Assembly: GCA_043821645.1 (NCBI GenBank)
Contig: JBDRCO010000052.1
Location: forward strand, 32,001 to 96,000
DNA length: 64,000 nucleotides
Source: Pseudomonadota bacterium
Lineage (GTDB): Bacteria; Myxococcota; JACRCW01; JAFGSX01
Direction: 5' to 3'
Positions 21,359 to 31,154 of the stretch are shown here, in pieces. The position numbers and the translations under genes were made by a program. Under the pieces are notes generated by a model. It saw only the letters and a program-made list of their open reading frames with translations, had not been told where the DNA came from and did not search any database. Each line of letters begins with the position of its first letter. Position 1 is the stretch's first letter.

Positions 21359-24300
21359 GTGACGGTCAACAAGAACAAGATCATCGCAGCCGCCCAGAAG
21401 TTCCAGCAGAAGGGGCAGCTCGACAAAGCGATCAAGGAGCTGCAGCGCCTTGTGGACGACGACCCCAAGGACGTCCGCACGCTCCTCAAGATCGGCGATC
21501 TGTATTCGAAGAAGGGGGATCGCAAGGACGCCACGTCGACCTACCTGCGCGTGGCCGAGTTCTATAGCCAGCAGGGTTTCTTTCTCAAGGCCGTCGCCGT
21601 CTACAAGCAGATCCTGCGCGTTGACCAGGGCATCACCGAGGTCAATCTCAAGCTGGCGGAGCTGTACAACCAGCTTGGTCTCATCTCCGACGCCATGACC
21701 CAGTTCCAGCAGGTCGTGGCCACCTACGAGCGCCAGGGGCAGACCCACGAATCGCTGATGGTGCTGCGCAAGATGGTCGAGCTCGACCCCGACAACATTG
21801 CCAGCCGCATCAAGCTGGCGGAGCTGTGCTCGTCGCAGGGTCTCATGGCGGACGCGGTGCGCGAGTTCGAGGCGGCGGCGGCCTACCTCAAGGAGCAGCA
21901 GCGGCAGGACGACTGGATCAAGGTGGCCGAGCGCCTGGTGTTCCACGACGCTTCGCGCCTCGACGTGCTCAAAGAACTGGCGACCCTGTACCTGCAGCGC
22001 GGGGACACCAAGCGCGCGCTGGCCAAGCTCCAGATCTGCTTCAAGACCTCCTCGCGTGACCTGGAGACCCTGGGGCTGCTGGCCGGGGCTTTCGGCGCGC
22101 TGGGCCAGACCGTCAAGTCCGTCTCCGTGTACAAGGAGATGGCCAAGATCCACGAGGAGGAGGGCCAGAGCGCGGACGCGGCTCAGGTCTGGGACACCAT
22201 TGGCCAGATGGCGCCGGACGACGTGGACTACCTGGCGCGCCAAGGCGCAAGCAGCCATCCAGGTTTCGAACCAGCAGCACCTCTGTCTTTTCCGTCGTTC
22301 CCACCGACCCACGCTGGTGAGACCCCGGGCCAGCCACCGAGCTTGGTCCCGGTCCCGCTGGCTCCCGCGCAGATCGCTCCGGCGGCAAGCGGGTCGCCCA
22401 CCGGCATCGCCGAGCAGGCAGCCAAGCTGCTGAGCGAGACGGACGTCTACGTCAAGTATGGGCTCAAGGACCGGGCCGTCGACCATCTGCGCAAGATCTT
22501 CGAACTCGACCCGAACTTCGAGCCGGCCTACGTCAAGCAGAAGAGCATCGCACTGGCGATGGGGGATCGCGCCCTGGCCGCGCGTGCCGTCGAGAACCTG
22601 GTTCGCATCGCGATGACGCGTGACGACGTGGATGCGGCCGCAGGCTACGTCGGCGAACTCGAGGGATTCCTGCCCGGCTATGCGGGTCTGCCGGCACTGC
22701 GCGGAGCACTCCGGGGCGGCCCCTTGCCCAGCTCGGCGGCCGGGGGTGGCGACGACTTCGATGAGGTGTCGGTGGACATCACCCTCGGCACCGAGGACGA
22801 GGCGCAGGAGGTCGAGGCCGCGGCGGTCGAAGAGTCCGAGGACGCGTTCCAGCCCGTCGCCACGGGGGACATTCTCGATCTTTCTGCCGCCGATGCGCTG
22901 GATGACGATGCGTCGGCTGCCCTGCTGGCGGCGACCGTGGACGCGGACGCGCTGTACCAGATGGAGGAGCTCGAGACCGCAGCGGCGGCGTACGGTGATG
23001 ACGACGAGCCGGTCTTCGGTCGTTCGACGGACGACCTCCTGGAGCAGGTCGCGGGCATGGCGGACGAGGCGGTGCAGAGCGTCGTCACCGAGGACCTGGA
23101 CGAGCTGGTGGGAGAGGAGCCTGCACTGGGCATCCCGGTTGCCAGCCTTGATGTCGAGCAGGAGGTCGCGGACGATCTCATCCTCGGTGCCCAGGACAGC
23201 GATGGATCTGCGCTCCTGCAGGAGATCGAGGACGATGTCGAGGACTTCGAGGAAGTCCTGCCCACGACCATGATGTCGGCCTCCGAGATGGCCGCGATGC
23301 GCGCGACCTATGGCGTACCGAAATCCGACAGCGCCCCTGCAGCACCCGCGATACCCTTCGTGGCGGCCGAACCGGAGCTGCTGGACGACGACATTGCCGG
23401 GGTGACGGACGACCTGGTGCTCGGAGCTGAAGACGAGGGTGCCATCGTCGAGGACAGCGAGGTCGAGTTGCTCGACGAGGCTGGCGGCATTCTCGATCAC
23501 AGACAGGACGTCCTCGCCGCGAGCGGGCTTCTCGGTAGCCATGATCTCCCCACGGACGACAACCTGGACACAGACGATGCCCTGCTGGGCGGGGACGGCG
23601 ACATCCTGGAGGCTGATGCCGCGTTGCTTGATGCCGGCGGTGGGCTGGACAGCTTCTCGGATGCCGGTTCCTTGTTTGCGGGAGAGGCTGGATCGCTCGA
23701 CGCGGACGCCGGGCTTCTGGATGCCGACGATGCCATCCTGGGCGCTGACGACGCCATCCTGGGCGCTGCGGATGCCATCCTGGGACCTGACGACGAAGTG
23801 TACGAGGACGATCTCGACCGCGTGCCCGACGACCCAGCCATGTCGCTCTCGGACGACGTCGTGGCCACCGCGATGGTCGTCAACGCCTCGGATCTCTATC
23901 TGGCGGATGCGGCTGCAGACCGGGAGCACGCGCCGCACCAGGAGCCTGAGCAGAGCGCCTTTGCCGAGGTCTGGAGCACCGACCCGGGCCCGCCTCAGCT
24001 CCCCGCGCCGGTCTTCGACGAGATCGAGGACACCGTTCCACCCGTCAGCAGTTCCGGATCGGATGCCTGGGCGGCACCCGACCACGTGGGAGCAGCGGAT
24101 GCTCTCCTGGCTGATGACGAGCTGCCGGCTGGTGCCAGGTCCGTTCCCAGCAGCGGGGTCGAGGACGAGGCTTTCATCCCCACGACGCAGTTCAAGGCAC
24201 CCACCGACCAGCTGGCCGGTCTGGATCTGGCCGACGACGAGCAGGGTGCCTTCGGCGGCGACGCACCGAGCCCCGAGGTGCAGCTGCAGCAGGCGATCGC

Positions 24301-25348
24301 CAGGGCCTCGGATCCCTTCCAGGACAGCGTCGAGGAAGAGGTCGGGATCGGAACCGCCACCGAGATCATGGGTCTCTCCGACACCGAACTGGAGGAGATC
24401 CGGGCTTTTGCTACCGGGGCGCCGCAGCGCCTGTCGACGTCGCTGGCCAGGAAGGGCCTCCCCGCCGTGGCGACACCCGTGGAGTCCGTGCCCGACGTCC
24501 CCAATGTCTTCGACGAGGCTGCAGTCACCGATCCGGGTTCCTCTCCCGTGGTCCCGCCAGATCCCGATGACGAGAGCGATCCTGCCCAGGAATTCTTCGC
24601 GGACGAGCTGGGGGAGGCGGACTTCTTCGTGCGCCAGGGCCTGCTCGACGAGGCTCGCGACATCCTGCACGCCATCCTCGAGGACGTCCCGGAGTCACGG
24701 AAGGCCCGAGCGTTGCTGGATCGCATCGGTGCCCTCGAGTCCGGGGACAATGGCGAGGCGTCGGAGAGCGCCGGGGAGGGGGCCTTTGACCTCGCCTCCG
24801 AGCTGCTCAGCGAACTCGAGGACCTGGGTGTTCCAGACGCCCCCTCCGAGGACTTCCAGTACTCCGTCGAAGAGGTGTTCAGCGAGTTCAAGCGCGGTGT
24901 CGAGAAGTCGGTCAGTTCCGACGACGCGGATACCCACTACGACCTCGGTATCGCCTACAAGGAGATGGGCCTGGTCGAGGACTCGATTCACGAGTTCGAG
25001 ATCGCTACCCAGGGCGCAGGGCGGAAGGCCGACGCGCTGTACATGATGGGCCTGTGCGAGGTCGAGCTGGGCCGCCATGCCAGCGCGGTCAAGCGCTTCA
25101 AGGACGCCATGCACGTCGAGAACATCAACCCGGGTCAGAAGCTGGCGGTGATGTTCGAACTTGGCGTTGCCCACCAATCCCTGGGTCAGAGCGACGAGGC
25201 GCTGCACATCCTGGAGAAGGTGTTCAAGAAGAACCCCAAGTTCAAGGATGTGGCCGAACGTGTACAGACCCTGGGCGGGGGCGACGGAGGCGCCACCTCA
25301 GGGACCCGAGCATCCGTAAAAAAAGGTAAAAATATCAGTTATTTGTAG
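21359..25348 (+). CDS. Large TPR protein, SgmX-like, with long acidic linker
   Basis: N-terminus NKNKIIAAAQKFQQKGQLDKAIKE...GFFLKAVAVYKQIL; C-terminal VFSEFKRGV...THYDLGIAYKEMGL and KNISYL tail. Followed by an ExeA ATPase. Confidence 0.85.
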   Translation: MTVNKNKIIAAAQKFQQKGQLDKAIKELQRLVDDDPKDVRTLLKIGDLYSKKGDRKDATSTYLRVAEFYSQQGFFLKAVAVYKQILRVDQGITEVNLKLAELYNQLGLISDAMTQFQQVVATYERQGQTHESLMVLRKMVELDPDNIASRIKLAELCSSQGLMADAVREFEAAAAYLKEQQRQDDWIKVAERLVFHDASRLDVLKELATLYLQRGDTKRALAKLQICFKTSSRDLETLGLLAGAFGALGQTVKSVSVYKEMAKIHEEEGQSADAAQVWDTIGQMAPDDVDYLARQGASSHPGFEPAAPLSFPSFPPTHAGETPGQPPSLVPVPLAPAQIAPAASGSPTGIAEQAAKLLSETDVYVKYGLKDRAVDHLRKIFELDPNFEPAYVKQKSIALAMGDRALAARAVENLVRIAMTRDDVDAAAGYVGELEGFLPGYAGLPALRGALRGGPLPSSAAGGGDDFDEVSVDITLGTEDEAQEVEAAAVEESEDAFQPVATGDILDLSAADALDDDASAALLAATVDADALYQMEELETAAAAYGDDDEPVFGRSTDDLLEQVAGMADEAVQSVVTEDLDELVGEEPALGIPVASLDVEQEVADDLILGAQDSDGSALLQEIEDDVEDFEEVLPTTMMSASEMAAMRATYGVPKSDSAPAAPAIPFVAAEPELLDDDIAGVTDDLVLGAEDEGAIVEDSEVELLDEAGGILDHRQDVLAASGLLGSHDLPTDDNLDTDDALLGGDGDILEADAALLDAGGGLDSFSDAGSLFAGEAGSLDADAGLLDADDAILGADDAILGAADAILGPDDEVYEDDLDRVPDDPAMSLSDDVVATAMVVNASDLYLADAAADREHAPHQEPEQSAFAEVWSTDPGPPQLPAPVFDEIEDTVPPVSSSGSDAWAAPDHVGAADALLADDELPAGARSVPSSGVEDEAFIPTTQFKAPTDQLAGLDLADDEQGAFGGDAPSPEVQLQQAIARASDPFQDSVEEEVGIGTATEIMGLSDTELEEIRAFATGAPQRLSTSLARKGLPAVATPVESVPDVPNVFDEAAVTDPGSSPVVPPDPDDESDPAQEFFADELGEADFFVRQGLLDEARDILHAILEDVPESRKARALLDRIGALESGDNGEASESAGEGAFDLASELLSELEDLGVPDAPSEDFQYSVEEVFSEFKRGVEKSVSSDDADTHYDLGIAYKEMGLVEDSIHEFEIATQGAGRKADALYMMGLCEVELGRHASAVKRFKDAMHVENINPGQKLAVMFELGVAHQSLGQSDEALHILEKVFKKNPKFKDVAERVQTLGGGDGGATSGTRASVKKGKNISYL
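23702..23785 (+). repeat. 21-bp tandem repeat encoding ADDAILG-type heptads
   Basis: gccgacgatgccatcctgggc / gctgacgacgccatcctgggc / gctgcggatgccatcctggga at 23723-23785, preceded by a degenerate copy. Confidence 0.85.
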
Positions 25349-25375
25349 TTGGAGCACGTTCGGCGGAAACAAAGC

Positions 25376-26317
25376 ATGCGCTACCTCGAGCACTTCGAGC
25401 TGACCCAGGAGCCGTTCTCCAACGCGCCGGTCAGCCGCTTCTACTACAACAGCACCCAGCACCAGCAGGCGCTGACGAGGTTGATGTACGCCGTCGAGAG
25501 CATGAAGGGCCTGGCCTTGCTGGTGGGCCGCATCGGCGCTGGCAAGACCACCCTGGCCCGACGCATGCTCGACAGCCTGCCGGACCAGGAGTACGAGGCC
25601 GCCCTGCTGGTCATCGTGCACTCTGGCATCACTGCCAACTGGTTGCTCAAGCGCATCGCGGGCCAGCTCGGAGTGGTCAATCCCCACAACGAGAAGCTCG
25701 CCCTGCTGTCGCAGCTCTACCAGCGGCTGGTTCAGATCTATGAGTCGGGCAAGAAGGCGGTGCTGCTCATCGACGAGGCTCAGATGCTGCAGACCCGGGA
25801 ACTGATGGAGGAGTTCCGGGGGCTGCTGAACCTCGAGGTGCCAGAGCGCAAGCTCATCACCTTCGTGTTCTTCGGCTTGCCCGAGATCGAGGACAATTTG
25901 CGCCTGGACCCTCCGCTGGCGCAGCGCGTGGCCCTGCGGCACGTGCTGGAAACCTTCGACCGGGGGGACACCGAGAGCTACATCAAGCACAGGCTTCGCC
26001 TCGCTGGCGCCAAGCAGATGCTGTTTGACGACGGGGCCATCGACGCGGTCCATGGGGCCGTGCGTGGTGTGCCGCGTCTCATCAACACCCTGTGCGACAA
26101 CGCGTTGCTGGAGACCTACCTGGCGCGCCAGCCCACGGTCAGCCGCGCCATGGTCGAGGTCGCCGCCCGAACGCTCAATCTCGATGCTGAGGGCTTCTCG
26201 GATCTGCCTGCCACGCCGCGCCTGTCCCAGGCCGCCCCCCTGCGCGCTGCGCCGCGACAGCGACGGCGGGTGGCCCTGTCGGACATTGACGCCTTGCTCG
26301 AGGGGCTCAAGTCCTAG
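25376..26317 (+). CDS. ExeA/GspA-family AAA ATPase
   Basis: YLEHFELTQEPFS, Walker A GRIGAGKTT, Walker B LLIDEAQ, and GVPRLINTLCDNALL. Confidence 0.93.
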   Translation: MRYLEHFELTQEPFSNAPVSRFYYNSTQHQQALTRLMYAVESMKGLALLVGRIGAGKTTLARRMLDSLPDQEYEAALLVIVHSGITANWLLKRIAGQLGVVNPHNEKLALLSQLYQRLVQIYESGKKAVLLIDEAQMLQTRELMEEFRGLLNLEVPERKLITFVFFGLPEIEDNLRLDPPLAQRVALRHVLETFDRGDTESYIKHRLRLAGAKQMLFDDGAIDAVHGAVRGVPRLINTLCDNALLETYLARQPTVSRAMVEVAARTLNLDAEGFSDLPATPRLSQAAPLRAAPRQRRRVALSDIDALLEGLKS

Positions 26318-26330
26318 GCCGCACCCCTGT

Positions 26331-27554
26331 TCAAGGGGAGGTGCCGTGGCCGGCTGCTCCGCTCGCTGGCCGCGGCCCGGAGGGCGGAAGCGGCAGGGCG
26401 CCGCGCAGCTTGTCCAGCCAACCTCTCATGGCGCCACCGAGGTCGGGGAGCACGGGAGCCGCCGCGCTGCCAGGCGCACCTGCATCGAGTCCAAACATCT
26501 GCAGCACACCGCCGAGGGCGAGAGCCGAGGCCAGCGCCACGGCCGTCATCGCCAGCGCATTGGGCTGCTCGAGATCCCGCGCCAGCCGCGCCAGGTCCGC
26601 GGGCCTGGCCACCGACCGGGCACGGAGCAGGTGCTCGTCGCGCGTCAGTTGCATGCTCGTCGCGAGCGCACGCAGGTGCTCGGGCAGTGCGGCCCCCGCG
26701 CCTCCCTGCAGGTTCTTGCCCAGGCTCCGGCTGCGAAGTTCCAGGGCATCCAGACCCGCCGGGCTCGACGGCCCCAGGACCAGCTCGACACGGAGGTCCT
26801 GTTCTCCCTCCGCGTCCAGCGTCAAGGCCGCGGCCTCGAGCCTGTCCGCGTCACCCGTGGCGATCTCGCCCAGGGAGGCCTGTCCCGCGGGGTTCACACG
26901 CATGGCCAGTGCAGCGTGCCGCCGCCCCACGCGATCCAGCCACCGCTCCCAGACCTCCGAGGCCTCGAGGTTTCCGCTGCCGTCGCGCGCTCGTTCCAGG
27001 GCCCGTCGCACGTCGGTCTCGGTGCCCTGCAGCAGCACCGAGCGGCCGACCACTGCCACGGCTTCTCGCGAGGCGCCGTGGACCAGGATGAGCGGGCCTT
27101 CGGCGTCGCCCTGCGGGGTGTAGCCCCGGGGCTCGAGGGCAGCGCGCACCCGCGCGGGAATGAAACGACCGCGGGTGACCACCAGGGGAACCGTGCTGCC
27201 GCGAGCCTGCAGCCACATCACCTGCAACACATCCCGCCGCGGATTCACGTCGAGGGCCGCTGCCACCGCATCGACCCTCTTCTGCAGGGCGCCACCACTG
27301 AACACCGGTGCCAGGCGGGACGCCTGGGGTCGGCACAGGTCCAGTAAAACCAGCACCCGGGCGTCCTCCGGAGCGTATTCGATCAGAGGCGTGCCAAAGG
27401 GCCACAGACGCCACCACAGATAGCGCGCACCCAGCCCCAGATGGCCCGTGTAGGTGGCGCCGGCAAGGATCAGCACGAGACCCAGGGTGAACCAGCGCAG
27501 CACCGGCCGAAACGGCAGGGTGAGCAGACGGACGGCGAAGGAACGCTGTGCCAC
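26331..27554 (-). CDS. Hypothetical protein with N-terminal membrane anchor
   Basis: GGAGG precedes GTG at 27554; N-terminal hydrophobic segment; fills the gap between convergent and divergent neighbours. Confidence 0.6.
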   Translation of the reverse strand: MAQRSFAVRLLTLPFRPVLRWFTLGLVLILAGATYTGHLGLGARYLWWRLWPFGTPLIEYAPEDARVLVLLDLCRPQASRLAPVFSGGALQKRVDAVAAALDVNPRRDVLQVMWLQARGSTVPLVVTRGRFIPARVRAALEPRGYTPQGDAEGPLILVHGASREAVAVVGRSVLLQGTETDVRRALERARDGSGNLEASEVWERWLDRVGRRHAALAMRVNPAGQASLGEIATGDADRLEAAALTLDAEGEQDLRVELVLGPSSPAGLDALELRSRSLGKNLQGGAGAALPEHLRALATSMQLTRDEHLLRARSVARPADLARLARDLEQPNALAMTAVALASALALGGVLQMFGLDAGAPGSAAAPVLPDLGGAMRGWLDKLRGALPLPPSGPRPASGAAGHGTSP

Positions 27555-27659
27555 GGTACACCTCCGGCAACGCGGGCGGATAATCCCACACCCTGGCAAC
27601 GCATGCATCCTTCGTACGATCTGCGCTCGTCCTCGACGGAATCAAGGCCCCGGGCAGTC

Positions 27660-27688
27660 TTGACGCCCGCAATTCGACAGCATAGGTT
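27660..27688 (+). promoter_or_regulatory. Sigma70-like promoter of the skp-lpx operon
   Basis: TTGACG-N17-TAGGTT about 90 nt upstream of skp. Confidence 0.55.
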
Positions 27689-27778
27689 CAGCGCGCCGCG
27701 CTCGATGGTGAAGACGGGCGTGAACAAGTTGCGACGCTGCTGCGTCCCCTGCACAACACGATTTTGCCTGGAGAGAGC

Positions 27779-28348
27779 ATGACACCCCGACACCTCGCGC
27801 TCGTCCTGGCCAGCCTGATGCTGGGCCAGCTCGCCTGGGCCCAGACACCCAAGATCGCCACGGTCGACATGATGCGTGCCTTCACCGAGGTCGAAGAAGG
27901 GCGCAAGGGTCTCAAGGACCTTGAAAAGTTCAAGGATGACAAACAGCGCATGCTGGACGAGAAGCAGAACACCCTCAAGGCTGCCAAGGAGGACCTGGAT
28001 CGCCAGGGCATGCTGATCAAGCCAGAGGTCAAGCAGCAGAAGCTCGAGGATCTGCAGCGGCAGCTGGTCGAGACGCAGCAGGTGTTCATGAACATGCAGC
28101 AGGAGTTGAGCAAGAAGGAGATGGAGTTCAAGGTCTCGATCTCCCGCAAGCTGCAGGTGGTGATCCAGGAGATCGCCGAGCGGGAGGGCTACACCCTCGT
28201 GCTCGACTCGACCATGGGTGGGCCCGTGATCTACGGCCGTGCCGCGGACGACATCACCAGCGAGGTGATCCGCGCCTTCAACAAGCGCAACGTGGCCCCA
28301 ACGGCCAAACCCAAGAAGAAGGCCGACAAGGCCGCGGAGGGTCAGTGA
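27779..28348 (+). CDS. skp: OmpH/Skp periplasmic chaperone
   Basis: Signal peptide, KIATVDM, coiled-coil body, GYTLVLD and DITSEVI; upstream of lpxD. Confidence 0.9.
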   Translation: MTPRHLALVLASLMLGQLAWAQTPKIATVDMMRAFTEVEEGRKGLKDLEKFKDDKQRMLDEKQNTLKAAKEDLDRQGMLIKPEVKQQKLEDLQRQLVETQQVFMNMQQELSKKEMEFKVSISRKLQVVIQEIAEREGYTLVLDSTMGGPVIYGRAADDITSEVIRAFNKRNVAPTAKPKKKADKAAEGQ

Positions 28349-28403
28349 GGCACGCCGAGCTGCGTGTGCCACTGCTGCCGGACCGGGAGAGGGGACGGAT
28401 CGC

Positions 28404-29489
28404 ATGAGGCTGGGTGATATCGCCAGCGCCCTCGGAGGTCGCCTGCTCGGTGACGCCGAGGTGGACATCGAGCGCGCCGCCAGCCTGGAAAGCGCCGACG
28501 CCCACTGCCTGGCCATCCTGGCCAATCCCCGCTATCGCGCGCGCGCCATGCAGACGCGAGCCGCTGCCCTGGTCATGAGCGAGAGCATGGCCGCGGATCA
28601 CGCGCACGAGTTTCCCTGTCCGGTCATCGCCGTGACCAATCCCCTGCTCGCCATGGCCGAGGCCGTGCGCCTGCTGTGGAGCCCGCCGCAGCGCGAGATC
28701 GGGATCAGTGAGCTGGCCTACGTGCATCCCGAGGCCGAGCTCGGCGACAACGTGGCCATCATGCCCTTTGCCCACGTCGGGCGGGCGCGCATAGGCGCCG
28801 GAAGCCGGATCTTTCCCTACGCTTTTGTCGACGACGAGGTGGTCCTGGGGTCTGGATGCGAGATCCGGCCTGGCTGTGTGCTCATGTACGGCACGCGACT
28901 GGGCGATCGGGTGATCCTGCAGCCAGGGGCGGTGCTCGGGGCCGACGGCTTTGGCTACGCTTCCGACGGTGTGCACCACGCCAAGATTCCGCAGATCGGT
29001 CACGTCGAGATCGGTGACGACGTCGAGATAGGCGCCCTGACGGCCATCGATCGCGGCAGCATGGATCCCACCCGGGTTGGCCGCGGCAGCAAGTTCGACA
29101 ACCTGGTGCAGATCGGTCACAACGTGCAGATCGGCCAGGATGTGATCCTGGTGTCCCAGGTTGGCATCGCGGGCTCGACCACGGTCAAGGACCGCGCGGT
29201 GATCGCGGGCAAGGTCGGGATCAAGGACCACGTGACCATCGGCGAGGACGCGCGCATCGGCGCATTCTCGGCGGTGGGCACGGACATTCCCGACCAGGGT
29301 GCGTACTCGGGAATCCCTGCCATGCCGCACGGCGCGTGGTTGCGCATCGCCCTGCACCTGAAGAATCTCGAGAAGACCGTGCGTCGCCTGCGCGAGGTCG
29401 AGCGACGGCTCGATCGAATGGAGGCGCAGGGCGGCGACAGCCTGGAAACGGGCTCGCCGGTGCCGCCCGCGGAGGTGTTGACACCATGA
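28404..29489 (+). CDS. lpxD: UDP-3-O-acylglucosamine N-acyltransferase
   Basis: Hexapeptide repeats, GADGFGY, KIPQIG and KFDNLVQIGHNV. Confidence 0.96.
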   Translation: MRLGDIASALGGRLLGDAEVDIERAASLESADAHCLAILANPRYRARAMQTRAAALVMSESMAADHAHEFPCPVIAVTNPLLAMAEAVRLLWSPPQREIGISELAYVHPEAELGDNVAIMPFAHVGRARIGAGSRIFPYAFVDDEVVLGSGCEIRPGCVLMYGTRLGDRVILQPGAVLGADGFGYASDGVHHAKIPQIGHVEIGDDVEIGALTAIDRGSMDPTRVGRGSKFDNLVQIGHNVQIGQDVILVSQVGIAGSTTVKDRAVIAGKVGIKDHVTIGEDARIGAFSAVGTDIPDQGAYSGIPAMPHGAWLRIALHLKNLEKTVRRLREVERRLDRMEAQGGDSLETGSPVPPAEVLTP

Positions 29490-30307
29490 CCACCATTCAT
29501 GCCACTGCCATCGTCGACAGTGGCGCCGAGATAGACCCCAGCGCCGAGATCGGCCCCTACTGCGTCATCGGGCCTCACGTGAAGATCGGTGCCGGCTGCC
29601 GCATCGGTCCTCACGCCGTGGTCCGCGGCTACACCACCCTGGGCACGGGTGTTCGCGTGTTCCAGTTCGCGTCGGTGGGCGAGGACCCTCAGGACCTCAA
29701 GTTCAAGGGAGAGGCCGGTCGGCTGGAGGTGGGGGAACGCACCGTGATCCGCGAGGGCGCGACCCTGCACGTGGGGACGGTCGACGGCGGATTGCTCACC
29801 CGGGTCGGCTCGGGCTGTCTGTTCATGGCGTACTCCCACGTGGCGCACGACTGCATTGTCGGTAACAACATCATCATGGCCAACTGCTCGGCCCTGGCGG
29901 GTCACGTCACCGTCGAGGACAACGCGATCTTCAGCGGCCACGTCGGTGTGCACCAGTTCACCCGCGTCGGCATGCACGCCATGGTGTCGGCCGGCGGCGT
30001 GGTGACCAAGGACCTGGCGCCCTTCTGCGTGGCCCAGGGCGACCGTGCGGGGGTGGTGGGCATCAACGTCATAGGGCTCAGGCGCCACGGCTTCGATGCG
30101 GCGCGCATCCGCGCCATCAAGCAGGCTTTCCGGACCTTGTTTCGCGAGGGGCGCCAGCTCAGCGACGCCCTGGTCACCCTGGAACGCGACCTGGCACCCA
30201 GCTCTGCCGACGTTGCCCACATGATCGCCTTCGCGCGAGGCACCAAGCGTGGTCTGTGCTCGGCCCGCCATCGCCACGGCTCCGATGACGAGAGCGTCGA
30301 CGCATAA
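29486..30307 (+). CDS. lpxA: UDP-N-acetylglucosamine O-acyltransferase
   Basis: IHATAIV, PQDLKF, HVAHDC, LAGHV and VHQF; ATGA overlap with lpxD. Confidence 0.96.
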   Translation: MTTIHATAIVDSGAEIDPSAEIGPYCVIGPHVKIGAGCRIGPHAVVRGYTTLGTGVRVFQFASVGEDPQDLKFKGEAGRLEVGERTVIREGATLHVGTVDGGLLTRVGSGCLFMAYSHVAHDCIVGNNIIMANCSALAGHVTVEDNAIFSGHVGVHQFTRVGMHAMVSAGGVVTKDLAPFCVAQGDRAGVVGINVIGLRRHGFDAARIRAIKQAFRTLFREGRQLSDALVTLERDLAPSSADVAHMIAFARGTKRGLCSARHRHGSDDESVDA

Positions 30308-31154
30308 CACCGCCCCCCTGGGGATCCTCGCCGGCAACGGCGTGCTACCGGGTATGGTGGCGCGGGGCGCGCGTGCCCTCGGGCGGCCCGTGGTGGTGGC
30401 CGGCCTCAAGGGCGAGGTGGATCTGGCCCTGCGCGACGAGGTGGAGCTGTTCCGCGAGGTGCCCATCGGCAGTCTGGGCGCGGTGCTCAAGACTTTTCAC
30501 GACGGCGGAGCGCGCGAGGCGGTGATGGTGGGCGGCGTGAGCAAGCGCCGCCTGTTCAGCCGCGTCCGCCCGGACCGGCTGGCCGCCAAGCTGCTACTGC
30601 GTCTGCGTCACTTCAAGGACGATCACGCCCTGCGCGCCCTGGCGGATCTCCTCGCCGAGCACGGCGTCCAGGTGGTGGACGCCAGCGCCTTCGTTCCCGA
30701 CGCGCTGGCCCCGGTGGGGGTGATGACCAGGCGCCAGCCCAGCGAGGGGGAGTGGCAGGACATCCGCTTCGGTTTCGATGTGTTGCGTGACCTGGCCCCC
30801 GTCGACGTCGGGCAAACCGTGGTGGTGCGCTCCGGCGTCATCCTGGCGGTCGAGGCCATCGAGGGAACGGATGCCTGTATCCGTCGTGGCGCCGAACTGG
30901 GCAAGGGGCGGTCCGTGATCACGCGCGGTGGCGCCGTGGTGTGCAAGCGGGTCAAGCCGCACCAGGACAGGCGCTTCGATCTTCCGGCGGTGGGGCCGCG
31001 CACCGTCGAGGTCTGTGCCGAGGTCGGCGTCCAGGTCCTGGCCGTGGAGGCGGGAGGCACCTTGATGCTCGACCGCGTCGCTCTGCAGCAGCAGGCAGAT
31101 CGGTCCCGGCTGACCCTGGTCGGCGTCGACGTCGGCGAGGGGGGAGCCGCATGA
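30285..31154 (+). CDS. lpxI: UDP-2,3-diacylglucosamine pyrophosphatase LpxI
   Basis: GILAGNG.LP, DVGQTVVV, AVEAIEGTD and QDRRFDLPAVG. Confidence 0.93.
   Translation: MTRASTHNTAPLGILAGNGVLPGMVARGARALGRPVVVAGLKGEVDLALRDEVELFREVPIGSLGAVLKTFHDGGAREAVMVGGVSKRRLFSRVRPDRLAAKLLLRLRHFKDDHALRALADLLAEHGVQVVDASAFVPDALAPVGVMTRRQPSEGEWQDIRFGFDVLRDLAPVDVGQTVVVRSGVILAVEAIEGTDACIRRGAELGKGRSVITRGGAVVCKRVKPHQDRRFDLPAVGPRTVEVCAEVGVQVLAVEAGGTLMLDRVALQQQADRSRLTLVGVDVGEGGAA

Noticed and set aside
23702-23785. CRISPR-like array
   Set aside because: In-frame coding tandem repeat with no spacers and no cas genes.
21260-24670. 1136-aa antisense ORF (also 4232..6223, 11650..14082, 50284..52041 and others)
   Set aside because: Shadow ORFs opposite genes with clear motifs; expected in high-GC DNA.
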